Position numbers and translations under genes: made by a program | From: Rotaria socialis | Taxonomy: Eukaryota | Assembly: GCA_905331295.1 (NCBI GenBank) | Contig: CAJNYD010000546.1 | Coordinates: 1 to 64,000, forward strand | Direction: 5' to 3' | Length of the DNA stretch: 64,000 nucleotides | Part shown: piece by piece, positions 25,965 to 38,335 of the stretch | Position numbering within the stretch: position 1 is the first letter of the stretch | Layout of the letters: the number at the start of each line of letters is the position of its first letter | Notes under the pieces: generated by a model | What the model saw: the letters and a program-made list of their open reading frames with translations, nothing else | What the model was told of the DNA's origin: nothing | The model's database searches: none

Positions 25965-28340
25965 CTAACAATTGTATTCTGCCCTTCGATGATCATGTAA
26001 TACGATGAATTTGTTCAATTGAAATGTCAATTGATCATGATGATGGATTTTCAGTCGTTTGTCAGCGATGAGACGAGCACATAAGCATTTTAGACGATGT
26101 GGAAATAATTTTGAAGCCAAAAAAGTTATCATGCTTTCGTTTTTTGTACAGTCTATAGGAGTTTCTCCATACAAATTTACGCAATCGATGTGAGCACCAG
26201 CATTTACTAGGCATTTGATGATAGTAGGTTCATTGGATTGTTGGCACGCTAAATGTAGTGCTGTGCTACCATCTATTCGTTCAGCAGCATCTAAATCCAA
26301 CCAATGATGTGCGCAAGTAAGTAACAGTTGAAGAGCAGACTTATTTGGAAATCTTAAAATAAACAAGACTTCTTTCAAGCTGTTTTATTACCTTGCAACT
26401 TTTGCAAGAGTATGCATGTGGGTAAGGCACAGTCATTAAGTTGGCCTCTGAGGACGAAACTCTTGTTGCACAGTATAAATCAAATATCTGCCAAGTCACG
26501 TTTAGTCAGATCTTGAGGGTGTTCAGTGTTTACTGAAAAGCAATATAAATTCATCAGCGCTCTACTGTCCACTATTCATTAACTGAGAACCCCTAGAACA
26601 AGCTAAGAGTGCCTAGTAGACGACCTATCGAAATGATATTTGATATTTTTATTGTACAGGAACCACTCGCTGGTGTGAGAGAGTACTCATGACTTAGCTT
26701 CACCGCATTCACTTCCTTAAATTGAAAAAGTTCACTTACCGTATGTGTGGTAGAATATCATCACGACGCCAGTTAAGAGCCTCATTAAGACTATTATCCA
26801 CGCATAAATGAAGCAGAGTTTTCCCTTGTTGAGTTACTAGATTTAGACGGCATAACTTAGAAATCCATTGAATTATCAATACTCGGTCTTCGCTCTTCGT
26901 GATCTGCAATTCCAGAATCTTACAAATAAAAATAAGTTGAGGTCTATTCAATAATAAAGAATATTTTACCTTGGTTGCAATTATGACCAGACATAGTGCA
27001 TTGCCAATAGTCTCGTCGTCGGATTTAATTTGGGATGATTCGAATACCAAGTAACAAGCCTTTAAAAATTCATCAATAGATATTTGATGATTTTCTGTAA
27101 TCATCTTGCAGAATAACCAGACGAATGGATGAAGATAAGTACTCATCTCCATGTTTTGGTACAGATAAAACGCATGAATCCACAACTGAAGACACTTTTC
27201 AAACTCGCCTCTGGATACTAATAAATCACCACGATCCTGCAGTGATCTCATGAAACTAGAATCATGTCGCGGGAGTAGAATCCTCTCTCGAATAAGTGCT
27301 ATTTCGATCCACATTCGATCACGATCATCTTTAATAGCATCAAGTTCGTCAACGCTTTGACATTCTTGATGATAATCGTAGGCAAGAATTGGTTGAATGC
27401 AAATTTTTAAAGTCTGAGTCGATACGCGGTATTTAATAGCAAGAGCCAAGAGCTCTAATGCTTGATGCAATTGTTTTATTGACGAACTGACGGTAACCAG
27501 TGAACAAGCACTAAGCTCGAGCTCATCGATCGTACATACAGATCGATTGAGTAGAAACTCGATTACATCAAAATATTTATTGTCTGCAGCAACCATAAGA
27601 AGTGTTCTACCATCAGTAAACTTGGCACTTGTATCCGCATCTGCATCGCATAACAACCGTACCGCATTGACATTACCTCGAAGAACTGCAAATGTGATTG
27701 GTGTTGGTGCAAGCACTTTGCTACTTTTACAAGAGTAGTTGATGTCAGCACCCTTTTCAAGTAAATATTCGATCATCGTTGTGTAGCCTTTGAAAGCAGC
27801 CCATATCAGAGCAGTGCATCGGTCTTGATCATTAGACTGCGTCTTGTTAATGTCAGAGTAACCATTTTCAATGAGAAAACGAACGATATCAAGACGATTG
27901 TTCTTACTAGCTTGAATGAGTAGTGGATAACCTATAAGGTCGTCATTATCATTATTAACATCGGCTCCGCCAATGTCAATTAAAGTTTTAGCTAAAGTGA
28001 AATGCGCTCGATAACAGGCACATTGAAGTGCTGTCATACCACCAATCAAATTCCCCTCAGAAACAGCTACTCTTCCTTTCAACTCAATCTGATATTGAGG
28101 TTGACAGTGAGCGAATAGAATTCGTACTATTTCTTCGTATCCATTGAGCGCCGCTATCATTAATAAACTTAACTTTTCTTCCCCATGCCAGCTCACGGCC
28201 GTCAAATATTCGATTGAATGGGTAAGACTGTCTAAACGATCAGTAAGTTGATCTACTAAATTATTTTGAACAAGTACGTAAAGCTCTTCAGGAACATGTT
28301 CGTCGTTGTAAAGTGAATCGATTGAAATAACTTCATCCAT
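25965..28340 (-). CDS. fem1: Fem-1-like ankyrin repeat protein (Cullin-2 substrate receptor type)
   Basis: Exons 28340-26970, 26918-26740, 26352-25965 (51- and 387-bp GT-AG introns, in frame). N-terminal ankyrins, ALIRERIL, GEFEKCLQLWIHA, C-terminal ankyrins and BC/VHL-box LKCLCARLI. Confidence 0.85.
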
Positions 28341-29765
28341 ATTTTACTTTTAAGAAAAATGGGTGTACAATTTGCAAATTCTTCACATTTATAGCTCAAC
28401 AATCACTGTTGGTTTTTTCCTTATATTGAAATTGGCTTCAAACAATTGTGCATGACTCATATTACCACCTATGTAGTGTGATGTAAAGTTTGCCGTGTGT
28501 CGTCAGATGTCTCAACGGAGGAATTAAGAGAACAGAAGAAATTGCAATAATTTTCGATAATTTTGCTTTGCAAAACAACAACTGAAAATTTACTGCGTTA
28601 TTTTTTCGTGTGATGTGGATGTGTGAGTGAGTGTGTGTGTGGGGAAGAAAAGTTAAGTTTATTAATGATAGCGGCGCTCAATGGATACGAAGAAATAGTA
28701 CGAATTCTATTCGCTCACTGTCAACCNTAAAAATGCATTTTGTTGATTGCATTTTTCAAGCAAGAAAAATAAAGTTGATTAGCATTTCAGGAGAGCAAAG
28801 GACGGGTAAAAAGACTAATCGATTTTCTGCACATATCGTTGTGTTCGATTTTGTCTTTTCTCAAAAAGTCGGTTAATTAATTAATTAATTTCTCTGAGGG
28901 TGTGGGGGTGGGGGCAGATACGGGTCTATCTTCTCATATATACCCACCCCCATACCATTGGGCAAATAGTTTTCAAAATTAAAAATATACATGACTAAGA
29001 TAATATTTCTTTATACAAAACGTTAACAAAGAGATTTAATTTTTGTTATTATCGTTTAAAATAATTTTTGTTTTGAATTCAAAAGACCATTGGATGACGT
29101 AAATGAATAAGAAAAGAATTCATTATTCAATTATTTATATTTAAAGGGTGAGGATGTGAATTTTTGTAGATAGTTTATAAAATTCAACAGAGCACTACAA
29201 TCAAATAAGAATTAAACGGATAAATGTTGGGTACGATCGTCGTAGTGAATTAGTAGTCAAATCCGATAAGAAATATCTCTACTGACACCAGTCTATTCAC
29301 CACTTTTTGTATTAAAAAATTCTTAACGAATAAGAAATATCTTTATTTTAAACTTCTGTTGCATATTTCCCAATCAATAACATCACAAAAACTTCATTTT
29401 GTAACATGCTTCAATACGTAATAGGAAGAAAACCTTTTTTCACAATTACTCATCTGGCTTTCTTTGCATCAACATTGTGCAATTTTTATTTTCAGAATGA
29501 GTCAAACTTCTTAGTTCCGTTTTATATGTGTGTCTACCATGTAACAACGCGTGTGCCAAAATAAAAGCATGCGATGTGTTTCTTTCCTCTCCATACAAAT
29601 ACATTTTCATGATATGAAATATTGTGATTGTTGTTAACGATCGTTCATTCGTTATTTCCTTTTTTTTATTCAGCAGCGGCATTGTTGCAAACCAGGAGGT
29701 GGGAAGACACACACACACACACACACACACTTAGAAGATACATGGTTATATATAGCTCTTAAGTA

Positions 29766-31101
29766 CACTCTAAAAAAAATCGGTACTCTAACGAGCCTTA
29801 ATAGTTCCGCATTTCTCCACCGAACGATTTTAAGTTCCGTGGTCTCCTTTTAGAACTATTTTAAGTTCAGCATATTTCATCAGGTTTCGCAATTTTGCGT
29901 CTGAACTCTTCGAAAGTTTCGTATATTTTGTACCAAACCACTGAAAGTTTTGTAGACTCTCTCGAGGTTTGAAATCTTTTCCACAAACCAGCTGACATTT
30001 TTATTCACGATCCAAAGCTTTCGTATTATTTGTACGGAACTTTTTCACACTTTTTAGTGCGCTTTAAGGTTTTGTAAAATACCGACCAAACCAGCGTTCG
30101 TTTCGTAGACTATTTCAACCCTGCTGTCAATTCTGTGGTAAGCTTGATGTGATGAAAGTGAATGATTTTTTTCTTTTTTATTGATTCATTCATATAGAAG
30201 GTTTTCAGGTAAATTTGATGTCATAAAATAGCAGAAATTTGTTTTGTTTAATTAATGAAGGCTGCAAAGATGCAATTTCAGGTCAGTTTGATCGTGTATA
30301 ATTTAATATATTTGATTTGTTTTTTGTTCTAGGTTGATGCTTATACGCAGTTTTAGGTAAGCTCTCTCTTAGCAAATCAAAGAGTTATTCGTTTTTTTAA
30401 TCCTAGGTTAATATATAGATCGCGTTTTAGGTTAGTCTGATTTTATGTAATAATAAATTTTCGCTAACTTGTTTATTATAGATTGTTTCAAGTATAAGAA
30501 TAGTGACGTAAGTTTGATCTTATAAAATGATTATATTTATTTGTTTCTGTATTTAAAGTTATTTCAATTATGGAAATCACAGGCCGAGTTGGCTTTAACC
30601 GGCTGGTGCCGTTCGCGTACATGCATACTATTCTAGTGTTTCTGAAAATCCAAGTATGGCATAAATCAGATAAATCATAAGTAGAATGAAATAGCCTATA
30701 GAATGATTTTCCTTGAGTGCAGAAAATTACTCTATAGACTATTTCATCTTACTCTTGATTCATTTGATGTATACCATACTCGGGTTTTAAGAGATACTCG
30801 AATAGTGCGCATACCGGGGGCGGCAGCACAGGGTTAAATGAAATTTTTGAGTGCAGAGACAATTTGGAAGAAGGTTTAGTGCAAATAGTTTTGTACGGAA
30901 CCTTTGTTGGGTACGAAACCTTTTTTTTGAATGATTTTTAAAAGGTTCTGTACGAAGCCATTGCTATGAAACCCTTTTTTTGAATTATTGTGGAGGGGAT
31001 TGGTACGAAACCTCACTTTTTACAAAATCCAAAAAGGATTTGATGGTGTACCGAGGATAAGATCCTTCTTAGGTTCTCTAAAAAACCTGTTTTTTAGAGT
31101 G
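29766..31101. mobile_element. Non-autonomous CACTA/EnSpm-like element
   Basis: TIR CACTCTAAAAAA...TTTTTTAGAGTG; flanks TA/TG; GAACC/GGTTC subterminal repeats; contains a nested insertion. Confidence 0.7.
30599..30833. mobile_element. piggyBac-like foldback MITE nested in the CACTA-like element
   Basis: Flanked by TTAA on both sides (30595-30598, 30834-30837); CC...GGG termini; almost the whole element is an imperfect palindrome. Confidence 0.65.
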
Positions 31102-31700
31102 TGAGTTCAGACTCCTTAGTCAAGCATCCCATGCCCATGACTCAAGGAATTCTGACTCAAACTGATAAACATACATACCAAGGATGATGTATCATGGCAG
31201 AAGGCCATAACAATTGCCTTTTCAGTTTTATCGAAAACACTAGTTTAATGTTGATTGTCACTTATCTTCTGTCAACACATAGAGGAATACAATTCTTTGT
31301 GTCAAGACTTTGCGAAGCATCCTTCAACTACCACTGGCACTTTAAAATTCTTGGATCAATACTACGTCTTTTTCAATATTCATTCAAGTTCAGCTATACT
31401 ACTTCGATTGTTCTATCCGATAAATGATTTTCACTACATACTTATATCTTCCTCAAATATTTCAGGGTACTAGAATATGAGAGAAATCTTTCAATTTTTT
31501 TATTTGATCATATATCGATGAGGTAAGGTTCTGATTCATTTCAATAAAACATTTTTCTCTACACTTTGCTCTGCTCGATGAAAAAGGTCGCATTTATACT
31601 GTCTCGTGAGAAGAAAGTCTAAAGACTCGTAAACATTTACATCAGCTATTTTTACCTACGAACAACAACTGAAACTCTTCACCGAATTTATTCATTTTAG

Positions 31701-33145
31701 ATGATTCACTTTTTGGAACAAGCATATGAAGTTGCATATAAAGAAAAAACAACTGCATTCATAGAAGAAATCGATCGGCTAACTGATAAGAAGAAATTAG
31801 AACAATGTATTATTGATCTTCGTTCATATGGTTATTGCTCTGAAGAACGGTGGGACAACCGACAAGTGCCACAACTAAGCGTTGTCACGGTCATTCTCGA
31901 CAATCAATCTTGTAATGCATAGTACGCGGGACACTAAAGTTTTCGATAGTATGATTTTTCTTCTTGTTTTAGTATTAACGAGCGTGTGCCTGTGGTTCAG
32001 ATATTTTGCGCGCTCGTGCAGCGTGGTCTATTTGATAGAGATGCTGCTCAGAGTGCATATTTAAAGGATGCTGATGGTGTGGCAACATTCGAAATTGAGG
32101 AAAAGATTCCAATTCAACAACATGATGGTCGATATATCGTTCATCGGCGAGACAAATCCTTCAGCAAAATGAAAATTTTTATTCGCCGTTTCACTGGTAA
32201 AACTTTAACGTTGGATGCTCTAGCACAAGATAAAATAGAACGATTGAAGTGCCGAATCTATATTATGGAAGGTATACCCGTTGGCCAGCAACGTCTAATC
32301 TTTGCTGGTAAACAACTCGAAGATGAACGAACATTAGCTGATTACGGGATTTTACACGAAAGTACTTTTCATCTTGTGCTACCTTTGAGGGGCGGAAAAC
32401 CAATCATTCGTCTTCGTTCATTAAATAATCAGATCGTATCAAATGTTAGTGTTCATCTTCATCTAGCAAGTAATATTTGGAATTTATCAAGTATATATCC
32501 AATACCATCAAATACTGATCGAATGTCATTTATCGAATGGAATAATATTGAAGTTCATCCGGATGGACAATTGCATTTTAACAATGACATGAAAATCCAA
32601 CAAAGTGAGTTTATATTCTTTATTCAATCATCAATGATTTATCTTTACTCATTATTATAGATGATATGTTTCCAAATATTTCATTTGAACAAGATCATAA
32701 AATGCTCTTTTGGGAAGCATCGACGAATAACAGTATTACCTCAAAATTCAATTTAGATAAAAGTCTTTGTGTATCTCGGCATGATTTTTCTCGTATTCTC
32801 AATTATATGTTGAAAGAAATGACATTTTCATTAGAAGATCGTGATGATATGATTACTTATATTCTACCACAATTAGATGAAGAAGATCCAAATCACGAAT
32901 ATAAGAACGTTATATTTCGATTTCTTACACCTGATGAATATTCATCAGTAGCCGAACTTAATGTTCGTCCAACACCCGAACGAATGATTCGTGCATTTGT
33001 TGTATTTAGTCTAAGTGATGATAAGACAAATATCTCAACTATGGAAGATATAAATGGAATGTTGATGAATTGGAAATTTTCTGAAGACGAAAATGATAGC
33101 GGCTTGTTAGTACATGAATGGGGTTCGATGTTTGTACCTTATTGA
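31701..33145 (+). CDS. Protein with an internal ubiquitin domain fused to a C-terminal KPVIYLY/FWE/EWG-type domain
   Basis: Exons 31701-31921, 31973-32604, 32661-33145 join in frame (445 aa). A 76-aa ubiquitin at 32169-32396 ends in LRGG and is followed by KPIIRL...LFWEA...VHEWGS. Further 5' exons (31194-31521) are possible but unresolved. Confidence 0.75.
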
Positions 33146-33514
33146 TTGGAATATAATGATATTGATAGATTGTATGCCTATGTATGAATAGCCTTTTTGC
33201 GGTTATTTCAGAAAAATAATATGTAAATCGAGAAAAAAGCTTTTATTCAAATTATCCGATTATTTGACTACTGACGATTTGTTTCCATTAGTTAAGAGAT
33301 TTGCAGAAACTCAGAGGTAGAGATGTCCATCGCGGTTCAAAATGCCCTGTTGCTTCGCCCTACTAAAGTCTATAAACGTATATATCATGCGACAATATGA
33401 GCAAAAAACAAAAGTAATTCCGCAAGACACTCTTAATAGAGGTCACCTATTTGTATTATTTAAATTTGCTGACTCTGCTTATTCATCTTTTTCTTTGTAC
33501 TCTTCTAGATTCAG

Positions 33515-33522
33515 TATATATA
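33515..33522 (+). promoter_or_regulatory. Putative TATA box of a type-3 Pol III promoter for the U6-like gene
   Basis: TATATATA at -30 to -23 relative to G33545. Confidence 0.5.
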
Positions 33523-33544
33523 GTCATAAACCTAAGTGATTAAT

Positions 33545-33658
33545 GTCCACTTCGGTGGGACATATAATAAAATTGGAACGATACAGAGAAGATTAGCGTA
33601 GCCCCTGCCCATATGTTGCGAACCGATCCAAAACCTTCGGATAACCATAGTTATTTTT
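33545..33658 (+). ncRNA. U6: U6 snRNA variant or pseudogene (canonical 5' ~67 nt, divergent 3' part)
   Basis: 5' UUCG hairpin, then ACATATAATAAAATTGGAACGATACAGAGAAGATTAGC..GCCCCTGC matching U6. Ends in ACCATAGTTATTTTT. Confidence 0.8.
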
Positions 33659-33727
33659 ACTAATTGTAATGCATAAAGCATTAGCATTATTGGCGTTAGT
33701 GTTAATCGATGCGTAGATATTAGCATT

Positions 33728-33831
33728 CCCAGGTCAAGCTCAGTACGTCGGAATCGATCGGTTCCGTTGAATTCCGACGATTTCTTTACTACAGGATTCC
33801 GGTCCAGGCTTCGTCGAACCGGTTCGAATCA
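33728..33831. mobile_element. Truncated CCCAGGTC-terminal MITE
   Basis: Same terminus as the 55026 element, with CCGG/TCCG repeats. No right TIR; runs directly into GGGTGTGGGTGTGGG. Confidence 0.45.
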
Positions 33832-33920
33832 GGGGTGTGGGTGTGGGTATGGGTATCGCTGAAAAGAACCTTTACATCAACACGCACCCCACACCCCACC
33901 CATACCCTCATTGTTTTCTC

Positions 33921-34103
33921 TTCATTATTGGATAGAGCTGGTGAAATGGCATTAGGTAATATACACTGCTTGTTTTAAAACAAAGTTCAAGAAGAAACTT
34001 ACAAAACTTAACATGCTGACTTTATTGTCCTATACATTTGCTTTTTTTAAATAAATCATGTATATTATCGAATATAATTTCACGAGCTCTATCCAACAAT
34101 GAA
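33921..34103. repeat. Inverted repeat / small MITE
   Basis: ttcattattggatagagctggtgaaat ... atttcacgagctctatccaacaatgaa. Confidence 0.5.
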
Positions 34104-34381
34104 GAAAAAAAACAAAGAAACCGTCTAATGAACTTTTGGATGATGGCCATGCAACTTAGACTAGAAATATCGTAGAATTTGAATATTTCAGTTGCTGTAC
34201 GGCTAACAGTGTCACTGATATTTTTAATTTAATTATTGACTGATGAGAGTAATCCAACGGACCCGAACGCCGCCAATGTTCTCGTTTATCAACACAAAAG
34301 AATCCATTGTTAAAATAAAGTAGTTTTTTCGATTGGTGGATAATCCTGCTTTAATTCGAATATTTGTTCATTTGAGTAACA

Positions 34382-35380
34382 CTAGCTTCTATCCTTGGCA
34401 GCAGTAGAAATGATATCAGCCATTCTCGACAGAACATTCGGTGATGTCACCCTTTTTGACGGAGTTTTGTTCATCATCCATAATGCGAAGTTATCAGCTA
34501 GAATTTCTTCCGGATGTATTATATAATATGTATTTTGTCCGATTTGATGAAAAAAATTTTCAGCTTCTTCATATGCTAAATATTGTAACGGTTCTAATGG
34601 CTCGTATGTGTTATCATCTAAGATTAAAGTTGTTGCCTTCAGATAATCAAAGAAATTGGTAGAAAATTGAGGATCAAAATTTCGAGAAGCAAGTAAAATT
34701 GGTGTACATTTATATATTTTTTCCGTTCGATCTCGAAGTTTTTTCAATTCAATATAATATTTCAAAACAAGAGGTGCATCTGGATTAGAGATTTTTATTT
34801 TTTCTAAACTGACTGGAAATTCGATTGACTTTTCGCCTGGTATTTTATGGTATCCAATACTTGCATATAATTCATTGCGTGTTATTAAATTGCTATGCCA
34901 TTTACTCCATATATGAAATAATTCATGAACAAATATTTTACGAATCAGTCCACCACGAATAATACCTATTGGCATTACAATAACATTTTCATTTCGGCAA
35001 TATGCAGCATTACTTTCACCTTTCCCATTTGTTAACACAACATATATTTGTGGTGGATAAGTTAATAAATTTAGTTTCTCTTGACAAGTTGTATTGATGA
35101 ATTCAATACAGGATGTCATAACCTGGCTTGATTCTTCGTCCCAAGTTAAGATTTGTTCCCCGATAAACTTGATATAATCTTGAATTGTCGATGAAGGCAA
35201 ATTTAAACGGGATTCTAAATCAAACTGACTTAAATTAGCAATATAATCATCGACTTTTTGTAATGCGTCGATAGCTTGTTGACCTGATACTAATTCAATG
35301 ATGGATGAGTTTGCATTTTTCAATATAAATGTTTTGTTGGATGAATTGTATGATGTTGATGAAGCACTATCAGTACTCAT
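34382..35380 (-). CDS. Zincin-type metallopeptidase-like protein, bacterial-like
   Basis: Intronless 332 aa; NAAYCR..VIVMP..FVHELFHIWS (HExxH); distal YIIHPEEILADNF. Confidence 0.7.
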   Translation of the reverse strand: MSTDSASSTSYNSSNKTFILKNANSSIIELVSGQQAIDALQKVDDYIANLSQFDLESRLNLPSSTIQDYIKFIGEQILTWDEESSQVMTSCIEFINTTCQEKLNLLTYPPQIYVVLTNGKGESNAAYCRNENVIVMPIGIIRGGLIRKIFVHELFHIWSKWHSNLITRNELYASIGYHKIPGEKSIEFPVSLEKIKISNPDAPLVLKYYIELKKLRDRTEKIYKCTPILLASRNFDPQFSTNFFDYLKATTLILDDNTYEPLEPLQYLAYEEAENFFHQIGQNTYYIIHPEEILADNFALWMMNKTPSKRVTSPNVLSRMADIISTAAKDRS

Positions 35381-37350
35381 TTTGAAAATGGAAATGAATT
35401 ATCTAAAAGTAAATTATATCATTCGGTTGAGGGATCAATATAGTTGCAGGAGCATAAAAAAACACATATCGAATATGACTTTGTGAAATCGTTGCAACGA
35501 TACAATTGAAGTTATGAGACAGATAATTCATTCTCGAAAGAATGATTCTAGCAATATTTTATTGAATGAAATAAATGCTATTCATGTCAATCAAGTTAAG
35601 TGAATTCACTTACGATAGTTCTATCGTTCTCATTTTTCATTAAGAAATATCACAAGTTTTCTAAAGATTTGTATGTCGAAAAACAAAATGAAAAATTCTT
35701 ATCTTTCGTAATTCAACAATATGCTTCACATTTAGATTCATGATTATGTACGTATGAGAGGAAAAGAATATTTTTCAGTCATTTATTTTGAAATTGACCA
35801 AAATCTATCTAAATTGTCGAAAGCATCGACTTTATATGCTGCTTGCCTATGCCACACTTAAATAAAATTTCAGAAAAGACAAAAAAAATGATTAGTTGTA
35901 CTCATCGATTTACGCCAAGTTACTGGAAATGCTACTTGTCTTACATTTTACATTGTCAATAAAAAGATCTAATAAAATAATGACTGACAAGTTCTGCAAC
36001 AAAAATAGTCATTTCGATTCTTTGGCGCAATGCATGATCCTCTCCTTTCTTTACAACTTCTCTTATTTATGAATGAGTCAATGTTTCGTCGCATGTTTGT
36101 AGAAAAGCTGTAAGACAGAATGTGAGAGAAGGAAAAATATCAAACTCGAAAATGTGAAAGAGAACGTAGAAACAGTATGAGTATGATTGTTAAATCTCCT
36201 TTTCTCTTTATCTTAATTTTACAAAATAAAACACATAACGAGTAGAAATGATGTGTCTGTGCACATAGATATGGCCCGTTTGTTTTTATTTCTATACTTT
36301 TGCTTACATGCAAACAGAGAAATTTCATACAAATAAGATAATAAGTGTTGAAAACGATGACTTAATTGTGCTGTAAGGGAGGAACAAAATTTCCCTGACA
36401 TAACATTGATACTCTCGTCTGCATATACATTCTCGAGTATGTCCATACTTATTCTCTCCTTAAACCTCTCATGTCATACGAACTAATTAGCTAAGATCAA
36501 TGAAACATATGTATGTATAATCCATACGAATTATTGTCTCTATTTGCATATGATTTCTGATAGCTTTTGAATCATATGAAGAAGTTCACATTTTATCATA
36601 AAACGCGAGTTGATAATGATTAGCCTTTCTGACGCATAATATGTGACCCGTACCAAAACTAGTCTGTTTCAAATGTAGCACCTGAATAATTAGTATTATT
36701 TCTTCTTCGGTAAATCTTATTATAGATGGAATTTCTACACTAATCGATTGCTTCTATTCTCAATATATTCATGATCATACGCTATTCATTGGTTTCATTA
36801 TGAATAAAAGAATGCGCCTGTGAGTGAAGTTGTACACGATGTTTTGATTGTGATTATGTATTTTACAAATCAAACACTCACACCCATTCGATATTTTTAG
36901 ACAAAATAACCTCAGACTCAATATTATAGTTGACATTTAACAAGATTTCTAAGTATCTTTCCATCTGTAGCACACTTACAGCATAAAAAGTGCATTGGAA
37001 AGTGGTAGGTTGAACAAATTTTTGGTGCTACATTGAATCTCACAAAGCTTAGAATCAACAATTCGTCCTAGGCGTGGGCTGGTATTTTCTGTTGGCGAAA
37101 TAATTCGCTGCCATGATCATCACGAATCCCATTAGACAAAATAAATGGAACCGGTTCAATTTTTTCTCACCATTCCGAACCGACCAGTTCATATTGATAT
37201 TAAAACCGACAAAAAGCGATATGTTCTTTTTCTATCCGGTTTAACTCATCGAAAACAATATGACTTTGATTTGAAAAATATAATTGATGAGGACTCAAAT
37301 GATGTAGTATCAGAGTAGGGTGTAGGTGTGGGTGTGGATGGAATTACTAC

Positions 37351-37510
37351 CAGGGACGGCGCGAACGTGGGGGGGGGGCCCAACTTTGGAAATTTTTGTT
37401 TCGATTTGAAGAAAATAGAAGAGATTTTTTTTGATTTACTCCGATTTTTGAAAAAAACCTCCCGTTTTCAAGTAACCCCCCTATATTTTTGTTGCTTCGC
37501 GCCGTCCCTG
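37351..37510. mobile_element. hAT-family MITE (160 bp)
   Basis: Perfect 15-bp TIR CAGGGACGGCGCGAA; 8-bp TSD ATTACTAC (37343-37350, 37511-37518). Confidence 0.92.
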
Positions 37511-38335
37511 ATTACTACTGACCCAAACCCTCAAGAAACACTTTGGATGAAATCACTGCAAAATTTTGGTACATTCCCGAAATGATGTGGATGGATTCAT
37601 GGAAGTTCTACGCGTATAAGCACGTTCTCGTCGTCCAGTTTAAACATATTACTATGTGGGACGTCGTGTGCACTTCCTTTTTAGAGCAACGCGTAATACA
37701 AAGGAAGACAAAAATCCGTATGCATAGGGAGAATATGGTAAAAAAATCGACCATGCGAATTAATGAGCGTATTTCGAAAAAATTAATTTCTTATCGCACG
37801 AAAATATATGTCATGCATGAGTGATATACACAAAAAAAACGAAAGTTGGAAAAAAATCAAGTTATTTCACCATCAATAAAATCGTAACATAGTCATTTAC
37901 AAACACGTATTAAAAGGTATTTCTGACATTTTAGTATTACTTAAAAAGTGAGTATACTTGATTTTTAAAGTGTGATTTATATAGTAACGACTATAGGCCA
38001 ATGTTCGAAACGATTAAGATATTGCTAGAAACATTACGAAAGAAAAGCGGTCATGATTGTGTTTCAACATCCTAAAATCGTTCTTTAGCGAAGCCCCATA
38101 TTATTCTAAAGTAATAAATGGATTCATGTGGCAGTATGAAAATAAAAGAAAGAAATATTATTTGAGGCCTCATTTGTTAGACTCGATTCGTTTTAATTTC
38201 TGACGTATACTTATAGTCGCAAATAAGAACGAACACTGTATACTTTAATAGGCGAAATCACACGTGTGCCTATCAAATAAATTGTTTTGAATGCTTGGTT
38301 CAAGCCAGTCGTACATTTGGAAAATCGATTAAGAC

